A model generated the notes under the pieces. The model did no database searches, had not been told where the DNA came from, and saw only the letters and a list, made by a program, of their open reading frames with translations. Below, piece by piece: positions 1-11,459 of a DNA stretch of 64,000 bases. The first letter of the stretch is position 1, and the number at the start of each line of letters is the position of its first letter. Source of the stretch: Chlorokybus atmophyticus (lineage: Eukaryota > Plantae > Mesostigma and Chlorokybus algae); contig RHPI01001037.1 of the NCBI GenBank assembly GCA_009103225.1, forward strand, positions 841,031-905,030, read 5' to 3'. Position numbers and translations under genes: made by a program.

Positions 1-699
1 CGGGCAGCCACGGCGCCGAGCCCGCCGACACCTATCACGTTGGCACCCACCGCCGCAAAATACTTCTGCGCGACAGAAAGGACTCATGTTGAAGCACAAA
101 ATAACACGTGAAGCGCATCAACACCATGCGTGAGAGCATCAAAGTCACCTCTCTGAAGCTCTCCTTTTTGGTTTTGTGCCTGTTGCGAGTGCCGGCAATG
201 TGTTGTGACCACGTCAGCTCACATGTGTGCTTGATATATGTTGTGTCTCTATGGCATAGCGCTGTGGCTGCACGTGTACACTGACCTGAAGTACTCCATT
301 GCCCACCTGTGTTGGCCAACAAACACACAACGCTCAATCACTTGTACGAGCATGCATATGTATGCGGCCGCATCAAGAGCGACCAATGCAATTCCAACTA
401 TCACCGTGGCGAGTCACTATACACGAGTGGGAGCAGCAGAACACACTTTCTCTCTCCCTCAAAGTGAGAGAGAGAGAGAGACTCTTAGAGATCCTAACAA
501 AACACAGCATCAACTCAACCAAGCATAAGGCTTACATGCCGCCGATCCATCCGCCCGCGATCGCCGAGCAGCACAGCACGTTCTCCGGTACTCGCCACTG
601 TCGGTTCTGCGCGCACCACTTGTCGTACCCGAACAACCCCGCGCTCGCCGCGTTCACGCCCACCGTGTACGCACCCGCCACACGCGCCACCGGGCCCAT
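1..699 (-). CDS. DUF1294-family small membrane protein; spliced, 3' end runs off the window, 5' end uncertain because of the gap at 877-1388
   Basis: Exons rebuilt by eye at GT-AG sites read MGPVARVAGAYTVGVNAASAGLFGYDKWCAQNRQWRVPENVLCCSAIAGGWIGGM|WAMEYFR|HKTKKESFRE|KYFAAVGANVIGVGGLG. The 'YDK..A....WRVPE..L....GGW.G...AM..FRHKTKK' pattern is the DUF1294 signature. Confidence 0.75.
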
Positions 700-3646
700 C
701 CCCACAGCTGCTGTGTGTTTGTAACAAGGGAGGGTGTGTAACGAGCAGGTGATTCTGAGGAAGAGAGGGGAGAGCGGGTGGAGGGGTTTGGAAAGATTGA
801 GGGATTGAGGGAAGGAGAGGGAGAGGGAGGCGAGTGAAAGGGAAGGTTGAGGGGGCGAGTAAGTACGTAGTTGATANNNNNNNNNNNNNNNNNNNNNNNN
901 NNNNNNNNNNNNNNNNNNNNNNNNNNNNNNNNNNNNNNNNNNNNNNNNNNNNNNNNNNNNNNNNNNNNNNNNNNNNNNNNNNNNNNNNNNNNNNNNNNNN
1001 NNNNNNNNNNNNNNNNNNNNNNNNNNNNNNNNNNNNNNNNNNNNNNNNNNNNNNNNNNNNNNNNNNNNNNNNNNNNNNNNNNNNNNNNNNNNNNNNNNNN
1101 NNNNNNNNNNNNNNNNNNNNNNNNNNNNNNNNNNNNNNNNNNNNNNNNNNNNNNNNNNNNNNNNNNNNNNNNNNNNNNNNNNNNNNNNNNNNNNNNNNNN
1201 NNNNNNNNNNNNNNNNNNNNNNNNNNNNNNNNNNNNNNNNNNNNNNNNNNNNNNNNNNNNNNNNNNNNNNNNNNNNNNNNNNNNNNNNNNNNNNNNNNNN
1301 NNNNNNNNNNNNNNNNNNNNNNNNNNNNNNNNNNNNNNNNNNNNNNNNNNNNNNNNNNNNNNNNNNNNNNNNNNNNNNNNNNNNNNNNGGGGGCAGCACA
1401 TGTACATGCAGTCTACGCTACTGGAGTGATGGTGAGGTACTTCCAGTAGATGATGGTCATGTGCATTTCCAGCATTTCTCTCCACAACCAATGCAGCGTT
1501 ATAAGGGCACAACTGAGTGGGCGGCTGGGTGCTGCAGCAATAAAAGCAGCACAATATGATTTCGTGACCCAGCACGGCCTTACAGTCGTTGTGTGATGAC
1601 AAATATGCATGCATGCATTTCAGGCGTTTATCTCCAACTGGTCCGTGTTCCCCATGCATCCAGTAGGAGACACTACCAGCATGCGCGCTGCAGCGACGGC
1701 ATACTTACCGCAATCTAAACAAGACCAGCGCAATCGCCCTGTCACCTGCCCCTACCGCCACTGATGGTGGCGCCGCCGCCGCCGCTGCGTCGCATACTGG
1801 CTCAGCGAACCCCATGATCACAGCATTCACTGAGCCTACTCAAATCCGGAGCTCAATGAACCCCACATGACATTGTAACCAACGGCTGCGATTGCCACCC
1901 AGCTAGCAGCCGCGCGTCACATATATATGGCGTTGATCATGCGCCTGCACGCTCAATCCGACCTTACGAGGGATGAGAGTCGACCGGCCAATGACCGTCA
2001 AGGGACGGCTTGTCGTGCTATTACCCCTGCGAACGAACACATGCTAAGTCGGCGGGCGGCCTATGGTTTGCCCGTCAATTTTTGGAACGTCCTGGGGCTC
2101 CTACTTCGAGCCCCGGGATCCGCTGATAGGTGGCGCTCAGCGCAAAGAACCCGTCCCGTCCCGTCCCGTCCATCGCCATAAACGAGTAACGTTGCATAGG
2201 GTTATAACTTATACCGTATAAGTCATCTTTCATACATGCAGTCCATGCACATACAAGCTCGCAGAAGCCAATAAGAGTTAAGCATGACTAGTGTATAATA
2301 TCAAAAGTTTGCAACTGATTGTACAAAAAGAGTATGGTTCTGTTCTGTGTAAGCTATCACATGCATGACTGTGACACACGCAAGCAATCGCAAGCACACG
2401 CTCCACACATGAACACACTACCAGTGTACAAGCACCAAAATGATGTACACTATAACCTTCACTATTACACTACTACTACTTTGCCGACCTCGTTAAACAT
2501 GCATGCACACATGTTAGTTTGTGATTACCTGCTCACATGGGTCTGAATGCGTATTGTATCAAGAACGCGGTGTATGACGCCCCTGGCATAACCAATCTTC
2601 TGGATCTGTTATGGACTAACGTATAATGCACAGTATGGCACAACTCACCGCGCTTGAATGACCGCAATGTGAGGCTCCTGATTATTTTATGGCCTACATC
2701 TCTTTGCCACATGTTGAACGAGTGCTATCAGCTTTAACATATGTGCAGGCAGTACGTTTGTGTTTTTTTTGCACTCAGCATGTTGTGAGCGGGCAAAATT
2801 TGATGGAACTATTCCTTTGGAAAGTGGTATACATGGAAAAGTTAGCGCAAACCACAAGTGGTCACAACCGTTGTGACCACCAGATCGCGGGTCAGGACTA
2901 GGCTCACGACTATGTGCCTATAGTATGGTGGCGACCTCCGACGACTATTAATGGTGCAATGTTACCACCTTGTTGCTGGTTTGCGGACCATACTGGTGTG
3001 ATTATAAAACCAAGATTCACTGCCAGTATGGTGCCGGATAATCCGCATCAGTCATGGCGGTGAAGTTACACCAGATGTGGTGCAAACGGTCAAAACCACA
3101 ATGGGTTGTAATCTTCATGCCATGCATGGTGTGTTACCACCTCGTTGCTAGTCCGCGGACCAAACTGGTATGGCTGTAACCGGTATTCATGGCCACTGCG
3201 GCATGATAGTCACACCATCAATGGTTATGACAATAGACACCGGTGTGACATAACAATCATGCCAGTTGTGGTCATGACGGTTGGCACGATAGCGGCCTAA
3301 CCATCACGCCATGTGTGGTGGAAACCGCGACCACCAGTATGACATGACATTCAAACCAGTCGTGGTCATCATTCTTTGCTTAACGTTCAAAAACGTACTT
3401 AGAGGATTAGGGTTTGAGCGTGTGTGACAAGCATAACATGACCGTTGCATCGGACAGTAAAAACGGCGTAAACGGCATTGTCCTCGTCACCACAACGGAC
3501 GGTTCGATAATACCCGCCAAGTATTGTCGCGAAACCGATGAGCACCTTTACCTTGATGCTGGTAATAAGCACCAAACGCACCAAGGTTCGACCGAAGCGG
3601 CGGGGGTGGTAGTGGAGGTGGAGGGAGAAGAGGCCGGCTGCTTGTC

Positions 3647-4339
3647 ATGGTGCTGATCACGGATGCAAGCGCCGCTATGGCGCCTTATGTAATCCCTCCC
3701 ATCATTGACGGTATGGCTACCGAGTTTAAAGCCCGAGGGGGCGGAGGGTCGGGGCGGGCAGAGAGGTTTCTCTCTCTGTCGCTCTCTGTCATGGACGGCC
3801 TGTCTTGTAACAAACATGCTGCGGTTGCTATGCTCGTCCTGCTGCTGACTTCTTGCTCGTCCACAGAAGTATTCCCCAGTCCCCTTGATGACATCGCTGA
3901 CTCTATGGCCCACACCGTCCGCATCTTAAACATCCACGATGAGGAGAAAGTGCTGGCTAAGTACCTGAGAGAGCGCGATACTTTTGTGGTGGTGCTGGTG
4001 GATAGCGGCATGGCCGTGAAAGTCAAGATGTGGTTGGAGATTGAAGGAGAGGCTGCTCGGAGCGACAGGCTCTTCATACAACTGACCGGCAACATCCAGA
4101 AAGCCATGAACGTTATAGCCTTATACGGTTGCCAAAGCGACCTCATTATCCATATCTGGGCCCCAAGGTGCAAGCCTGGGGACGCCGCCTTGGTGGAGTC
4201 CGTCGTCTACTTTTATGGCCCTGCCATGGGCTCCTTGACATTCCGCGCTGACAGTAACACCAGTTCCTTCCCCAGAGTCAAGCTCGGCATCAAACTCGTC
4301 CCTTTGAAGGATTATTTGGGATCAAGGAACCTCAGGTAA
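3647..4339 (+). CDS. Orphan ORF, 230 aa, no recognisable family
   Basis: Long open frame with protein-like composition, ending at a GTAAG donor-like site (4336). A telo-box (3407-3415) and a second short ORF (3414-3656) lie upstream. Confidence 0.35.
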   Translation: MVLITDASAAMAPYVIPPIIDGMATEFKARGGGGSGRAERFLSLSLSVMDGLSCNKHAAVAMLVLLLTSCSSTEVFPSPLDDIADSMAHTVRILNIHDEEKVLAKYLRERDTFVVVLVDSGMAVKVKMWLEIEGEAARSDRLFIQLTGNIQKAMNVIALYGCQSDLIIHIWAPRCKPGDAALVESVVYFYGPAMGSLTFRADSNTSSFPRVKLGIKLVPLKDYLGSRNLR

Positions 4340-4410
4340 GCTGCAACCAACTGTCTGTAGGATCGAACGTTTTTGGTTGTTGCAGACTGAATGCCAATAT
4401 ATGTCCGTGC

Positions 4411-4689
4411 ATGCAGGTATACACAACAAATCTTGGATGGTATGTGAGCACCTATGTGGGCAACGAGCATATGTCGATGGCATGCGTAACTTCTGTTGGG
4501 GGTGGGCTGTATGGTGGGGTTGCTTATGGTGTCGCTGCCCTCGCAATGGCTTCTAACCCTATCGGTTGGGGTGTTGGTGTGGGGGCCGTTGCTTGGCTTA
4601 TTCTTTGTGGTTCTTTCCCAAACGAATTGGCGTTAAAGCTCAATCAGCATTTCAACTATCACAAGTATGGCAAGGCGCCTGAGGGTATC

Positions 4690-4763
<74 letters not shown>

Positions 4764-4773
4764 TCTTCTGTGA
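4411..4773 (+). CDS. Probable exon encoding a glycine-rich hydrophobic hairpin (glycine-zipper-like); possibly the 3' part of the orphan gene
   Basis: VGGGLYGGVAYGVAALAMASNPIGWGVGVGAVAWLILCG follows a TGCAG acceptor (4416). The frame runs into a CT microsatellite. Splice phase with the 4336 donor does not match. Confidence 0.3.
4689..4766 (+). repeat. (CT)n microsatellite
   Basis: Direct reading of the CT dinucleotide run. Confidence 0.95.
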
Positions 4774-5355
4774 CAACTCCCGCCCGCCCCTTGCTAGTAT
4801 GCCGAGCCACAAGACTGTAAATAGTGCATGTGCTTGTATTTTCAGCTGTACACTTTGACTTGGGGTATGTACATGTAGGTTGTCTTGGTAGGTTTACCTC
4901 TGTTCGTGTACAGGTTGCATGCAAGCTTACAACGGGCATTTGCCTTTGTGCAGGCAACATTTACTTACGAGTGTACAGAAAATGCAAGTGCTTATGATGC
5001 GTGCAACATGCATGACACATGCCTTGTTCACCAAGCTCATCATCATGCAATGATTATTTACGACCGGGGTCTACCTATACTAGCCGTCATCCCTTACTCA
5101 TGATGTAGGACGATTAGACCGCCCCCACAATATGTTCCTTCGTATAGCATCATGCATTGTGTCACAATACATTAGACATGGTAACACAGCACCAGCCATA
5201 CCTCCACCGGTGGTATGCGTGCAAACCGTCAAGCATGCCCCTATATAGTTATACAGTTACTAGTCAGCGGCATTGAAAGCCTATGCTTGATGGTAACCTA
5301 GCACCTAAATAGTTGGTGTTCTCCACCTGCGCCGAGCCGGCAAATGCCCTGCGCT

Positions 5356-6967
5356 TCACTGTTTGCTCTCACTACCCGGCTGCCAACTTTCCGGCTGAAA
5401 GTCGTCTCCTTTGCCGGCCTGCTCTGCGCCAGGCGGTTGCCACACACCTGGTACGAAGCCCGCTCCTCGCCCGCGAGGCTCTGATTGAGGTGTATTTCCT
5501 GCGCATTGGTTGCATATAAGTCTTTTTGCTGCTTGTGAGCACAAGAACTCTCACAAAGCATAGCAGCATACCTCTTGAAGTCTGCTCCTGCGATGCGTGC
5601 TGTAGTGGTCTGCGCTGTGGTTCTGCATGCAACATATGTCATGGAGGCTAACACGAACTGACAAGTGTAACAAGTTAGTTGTACATTATCACACTGCCTA
5701 CCTGGAGAGCCTGCCTCCAGTTGCTCCATGACATATGCCATGCTCATTGGCCCCTCTGCGCGAACATGGGTCAGGGAAAACCAAAAGGCACACCCAGAAT
5801 ACGTGACTTGGGTTGACCACGCACCTGCAGCACGCTGGCGAAGTCCTAAACTGGCAGCCTGAAACCGTCGCTTCTCTTCTTCTTGAGCCAAAACTGCAGT
5901 AGCGTACAACAAGACTCATGAGCCCATGAGCACGACCTACCAGTCTCTGCTGCGCATGCACGCTATAACAGCATGTGTCTGTGCGTAACCAACTGGACAA
6001 CACAGGCAAGGGGCATACCTGCTGCTTTCTCTAGCGTTGACCTACGTCGCAGCTCCATCTCCATTATTTCCTGCAAGTTCAACCGATCAATGTTGTTACC
6101 ATAGGTACGAGCGTATTTGCAACCTGTGCAGCAGTTGAGACAAGCTCGAACAAGTTATACCTCTGGCGTTGGTGGCATTTGGCGGGAACCATTGAGCCAA
6201 CTATTCCACTCCACTGCTCAGATTCAATATTATTTTTGTCAGTGTGAGAGCGCGATCCCACCACACTAACTTGCAAAGAAAGCACGCTGGCGCTGACATG
6301 ACGGCGGGTGATAAAATATAGCATCCTGTATAGGCGTACCCTATGCGGATCAAACAACCCTGACATGTAACCTCACCTGGAAGGGAGGACGGCTCATAGT
6401 CGCCCTTGAATTCTACCCATCTCTTCTCGACGGCTGCATTCATGTACCACTTAGCCACAGAAACATCTGAACTGCGGTCAGCCACAGAGCTGACATTCTG
6501 TTGCGTGCAAAGCAACAACAGCATTGCAAAGCAACCTGTGACTTTCAAGACAAACCAACTCGACATTCCCAATAACTAACTGGTGCATGCATAGCAACAT
6601 CAGCATTTAATACCAAGTAATTTATCATTTTCATGACAAAGCAACTTGATGATCCCAATACAATGCATTTAACAGAAGGATTCTGTAGACGGTGCATTGG
6701 ACGGTGTCCAACAATCAGCATGATGTGCGATGCCGAGCACGTGTTCAAACTCAGCGAGGGAGCACCGCCGAGGTATGTTGCACGTAATACAACTCAATTA
6801 CTTGACGCTAGGCATGCATGTCACGACCAGCATGCACTCATCCACGCACCATTTCCGTCCACAACATGCGGCCCCTGGTAGTACTGATTCCCGTGCTTGT
6901 CGGACCCTACCAGCCTCTGCTCCTTGCCGACAAGCTTCCGCAGGCCCCTGACCACCCTCGCAAGCAT
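5356..6967 (-). CDS. NDUFAF2: Complex I assembly factor NDUFAF2/B17.2-like (mimitin, NDUFA12 family), about 8 exons
   Basis: Spliced translation: MLARVVRGLRKLVGKEQRLVGSDKHGNQYYQ...AVEKRWVEFKGDYEPSSLP|VEWNSWLNGSRQMPPTPE|EIMEMELRRR...SEPRGRGAGFVPGVWQP...GKGDDFQPESWQP. The 'VG.D..GN.YY', 'RWV', 'P.EW..WL.G.R..PPT.EE' and C-terminal 'F.P..WQP' motifs match the plant B17.2L type. Confidence 0.85.
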
Positions 6968-7313
6968 CCCCAAAACACCGTAGCACCACCCCACACCACC
7001 ACCCCACACCAGCAACCACCTCACCGCCACCGCCGCCCAAGCTTAGTCCAAACCCTAATGTATCATAAGCCCTAATCCACCTCAGCAAAAAGGAAAAAGC
7101 AGGAAAAGGGCAGAACATTACTGACCAGAGATCTGTTTTGCCCGAGCGAGAGAATCTCACTGGCTGCCACGCCACCGTCGAAACGGAACCTTTGTGAATC
7201 ACTGGTGAACTGTCACGAGCGGGCGGCAGCAGCTTTAGTTCACTACTTCAGTTCACTGACTCACGGTGTGTGTGTGAATCAAAGCACCTGACGCTTTATC
7301 ACAGCTGACCAGC
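6968..7313. promoter_or_regulatory. Short divergent (bidirectional) promoter region with telo-box AAACCCTAA at 7050-7058
   Basis: 346 bp between the divergent start codons of NDUFAF2 (6967, -) and the CHI-fold gene (7314, +). Confidence 0.55.
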
Positions 7314-8612
7314 ATGGCGGGTGTGGTGTCAGTGGCAGTGTTTGGCGGGAGGGCGGCGGCGGTGCTGCCGGGGTGCCACGTGGCGAGTTGCGGGGCTGGG
7401 CCGACTGGAAGGGGGCAGGAGCATTGCCAGCGTCATCGTCCGGCTGCGCTGCGTTCGGCGTTTTGCGGTGCGGAGCTGAGAGCTGCAAGTGCTGCCTGCT
7501 CCTCCTCTCACAGGGCCGCTGCGGCTGTGGTGACGGCAGCCTCCGCCGCCGCCACTGAGATGGCTACCGGCGACGTGGTGGAACCACAGACAGGCCTGCA
7601 TTTGCCCACGGTGAGCAAGAGAATGTGGTTTGCTGTGCATTTCCCTTGCTGGCATTGCCATGCATGCATGCAAGCTGGTTGCTATACATTCCGCTGCAGC
7701 TGACTGGCTACGGGAATGCTGTCACGTCAAAGTGTGTGTCACGCATGTTTCGTCATGCATGTGATCCTCATGTAACGTGTGCTGAGGTTGTGGATGCCGT
7801 TTGCTGGATGCCCAGAGCCTGTATGACTGCAAGCTGGAGGGTTACGGCTGCAGGAGCAAGAAGGTAGTGCTGATCAACATCAAGGCGTACGCCATTGGGT
7901 TGTACCTTGATGAGGAAGCGCTGAAGAGCGCCATCGGCGACAAGTACAGGGGCAAGTCGGCGGAGGACCTGAAGAAGAGCTCCGAGTTCTACTCCGACGT
8001 GAGCTCTGTGGACATCAACAAGGCCACCAGGCTCAACATTGCCTACGGCGGCATCAAGGGTTCGGACATTGCAAATGCATTCAATGAGCGGCTTGTCCCT
8101 GCGATGCAGTCGCCGCAGGAGAAGGCTGACCTCGCCACGTTCCAATCCTACTTCAGCAATGTCAAGCTGCAGCATGGTTCTCTCATTGACTTCTCATGGG
8201 CCAAGGGCTACGTGCTGGACACATACCTTGACAGCAACAAGGCAAGTTGAACATGGCATGCGGGCGTGAATGGATGACATGTGTAGTGTTCTGCCATTGC
8301 TTGCAGCTTGGCTGCGACAAGGTTGTGGCTTATGGTTGTTGTCAGCAACTGTGCAGTGAACAGCACATCTGTAATGTGTCCCAGCAGCGATATATGTCAG
8401 TATATAGCTGCCGTGACATGTATGCTGGGCTTAACAGGGCGATGCTGCTCCAGTAAAATCTGACCACATTGCCGTCCTCTTTTGTGCAGCTGGGAACTAT
8501 CACCTCCGAATCACTGTGCAAGAACCTCTTCATTGCGTGGTATGGAGACAGTTCTTCTGTCCCAGACGCGAAGCAGCGGTTGGCAGACAGCCTTGCCCAG
8601 GTGCTGGGTTAG
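7314..8612 (+). CDS. Chalcone-isomerase-fold fatty-acid-binding protein (FAP/CHI-like) with probable plastid transit peptide
   Basis: Ala/Ser/Arg-rich N-terminus (..SAFCGAELR..), then VVEPQTGLHLP, LEGYGCRSKKVVLINIKAYAIGLYL, FNERL, and a final exon LGTITSESLCKNLFIAWYGDSSSVPDAKQRLADSLAQVLG* (8490-8612). These are CHI-fold family motifs. Confidence 0.85.
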
Positions 8613-9026
8613 TATGTAAAGAGCATTCAGGTGTGGTTGTGCAAGCAGTGAGTGAACATTTTTGCAGCCACATGCTGTGCAGGCAGCAGGTGTGCAGTTG
8701 GTATAATAGTGGTCTGACTATATTGCGAGGTGATCGATTACGTATACATTGCTTGCAAGTCCATGTTGTTGAGAACCAAATTGGTATTCGCGGACCAAGT
8801 TTGGGTGATATTGATATACCTCTGTGGTTATGCACATCTGTAATGTTTTGGGTTGAAGAAAGAGTACAACAGTTACACACAAGTTCACAAACCTTTGCGA
8901 CAAATCTGTCGGCATGCATGCATTTCGCACCTCTACCGGTAACCTTTTGTATAGAATATGCATTGTAGTCATTCCTGTAAACAAGAAGCATTGTTTCGAT
9001 AGAGTTGTATTTTCAAATGTTGTGTA

Positions 9027-9431
9027 GGGTAAGTGTACCATTCTTCGGACACTTTTTGCCGATAAGCTTCGACTGAACGGTATACGCCACCATTTAGGGT
9101 GCCGTCACATCGGAAAATCATGTACATGAACCGGCGCAACTTTCTGTCCAATTTGTGGTTCATTTGGAGCAGTGTAGCGCCGGCTATGGCCTGGCACAAA
9201 ACGGCGGCAGCACAGCCGGGCATCAGCTGTACTGTTTCTCAACTTCGGACGACCGATGCCCACTGGCAAGAATAGCCGCCGGTTGCAACGCGCGATATGG
9301 AGAAGTACGATTCCCATCAGATCAGGCACGGCGGCGGGTCACAAAAACAGTGTCGCGCACTGCTAACGGGCATGGCCGAGCTCGGTCGTCGTCCAAAATC
9401 ACGAAATAACCGAAGTTAGGTACACTTACCC
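9027..9431. mobile_element. MITE, 405 bp, 22-bp TIRs, TA on both flanks (Tc1/mariner-like target)
   Basis: Left TA|GGGTAAGTGTACCATTCTTCGG; right end reverse-complemented GGGTAAGTGTACCTAACTTCGG with flanking TA (19/22 match). Confidence 0.75.
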
Positions 9432-10716
9432 TATGGCAAGTCTGCACTGTTACAGCACCCAACTTTTGCAACGCACAGCTTGTGAGTGCCTAACTAGTGG
9501 ACTAACCGAGTTAATGGCCCCACACTGTAGCTATCTGACCTACTGCCTATGTAGGTCCCTCAAAGCCTCTATAGCCCCACTGGAAGCGTTGGAGACTTAC
9601 CCCCTAGGGCTAGGCGCCGGGTCTTACCCCCTAGCACACCAGTTAACGGGGAAGAATATGGACCTTTTTCCTTATTTGCTCCTTCATGCAATTACATGCA
9701 TTACTTTTACAGCCACGTTTCCTAGTTATCTTTATTTCTTTCATGCATTGGACAGCCATTTAGCCTTTTAAGATCAGCGATAGGCATAGTAAAAAAGGCA
9801 GTCTCATTTCCATTTCATTTCGTGCTTCTAGCAGTTGCTCAAGTTGCACCCCTGCTAATATAAGTCCTTTGTGACAAGTGTTTTGCTTGTGTATTTGCAT
9901 GCGCGTGTGAGTGACACTGTGCATGTTGTTGTGCTCATTCTGCATACTTTTATGCATATATTTGAGCTGCTTATCAACGTGGGGATGTGGGTTGGACGGT
10001 CCAGATCTTCTGATATTTGATCCAACGGCTCCATTCTTATCTACACCGCCCAGCCTATCAGAAGGCTGCTTCCGGCAATGCGCGCGAGTTCCGCGCATTT
10101 GTCGGTTCTCGACCGGACTTTGCCGGTCGCGACCGGCGTCCTTGGATCATTTGATTATTTGAGCTGCATAAACGCTTATTTAGGTAAATGTTTGAGGGAT
10201 TCTTACCCTCTATTCTCTTAGCTCTTATCCTTACTACCATACCACAGAGGGTGGGTCCACAGGGTTTCTGTGGACGGCCCCTCACTTCCTACAAGCTCGT
10301 CTGCTACGATCCCAGCCGGTTGTTAACGCTGCTAGTCCAGTAGGCTACAGTCTACCCTCGCTGTAATCACCCCCGTTCTTATGACACCCTCGCAATAGTG
10401 ACCATTATTTTACATACCGATTTACATCAGGCAAACTCAACCCCTTATAATGACTATCACACTCGCTGTAATGACCAGTGGCGCTAGTAGGGAGCGTCAC
10501 TACAGCGAGGGTAATATGTATAGATTGCATTGGTTATGGCTGCTTGTAACAGGAGTTAGGGGCGCCAGTGCCGCGGGAGCGACCGCGGCGGCGGCGGCCG
10601 CTGCAGCGGCGGCAGGGTGGCGGCGCTACTGCGGCGTCACTGGTTGTGAGTGTCATCATGTGTGGCAACCCCAGCCCCTCACATTAGCCGCACATCTAGG
10701 TGACGGCAGTGATACA

Positions 10717-10760
<44 letters not shown>

Positions 10761-10761
<1 letters not shown>

Positions 10762-11459
10762 AGGACATGTGCGCACATGTCCTGACACGCGTGTGCAGCT
10801 TGTCACAATGTGGAAACAATTCTATTTATGAGTACTACAACTTGTTATTGTTTGCAACTATTGCAATGACATTTATACCAACATCGCACTGCTGATCAGT
10901 GTGCAGTGTGCACGTTGTTTGCATTTTGCTTGCATTGTCGTTAGTTGCAGCAGCCGACACACAGAGCATGTGCACACTGCGGCATGCTTGCCCAATATTG
11001 CTTGGCTATTAGTGTACATTGCTTGCACAGATGTGTGGTCAATTGTGCTGCGTGCAAACACATGCATGCACGTGCATCAAGCCGTTATGCATGCAGATGT
11101 CAGGACATGTGCGTACATGTTTTGCTGCACGTGTGAAGCTTGTCACAATGTGGAAAAAACACTGGTTATGAGTGATACTACAACTTTGTACTGTTTGCAC
11201 TATTGCAATGGCATGTTTACCAACATCGCATCCTGTTTATTGTGTGTGTTCCCTCGTGCAGGTTGTCTGCATGTTGCGTGCATCGTTGAATGTAGCAGCC
11301 GACGCACAGCATGTGCACACTGCTGCATGCTTGCGAATCATTGCTTTGCTATTCATGTACATTGCTTGCACAACTGTGTGGTCTTGTGCTGCGTGCAAAC
11401 ACATGCACGTGCATGAAGCCGTTATGCACGCAAGTGCATTCACGTATGTGCTTATGCAG
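10761..11459 (+). repeat. Diverged ~340-bp tandem duplication in the 5' region of the pogo element, preceded by a (GT)n tract
   Basis: Units start CAGGACATGTGCG at 10761 and 11101 and are collinear; both end in an ATGCAG|ATG acceptor-like junction. Confidence 0.85.

Noticed and set aside
515-1659. Long ORFs spanning 877-1388 (also 35692-36675, 46003-46484, 52071-52639)
   Set aside because: Their length comes from N runs translated as X.
1389-1800. Possible upstream exons (e.g. LHWLWREMLEMHMTIIYWKYL)
   Set aside because: They cannot be linked across the gap or assigned to a family.
5298-5912. 204-aa single ORF in the track
   Set aside because: It is read-through of NDUFAF2 exons and introns, not a separate gene. 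The same applies to many antisense or intron-spanning ORFs over the RCC1, zinc-knuckle and globin genes.
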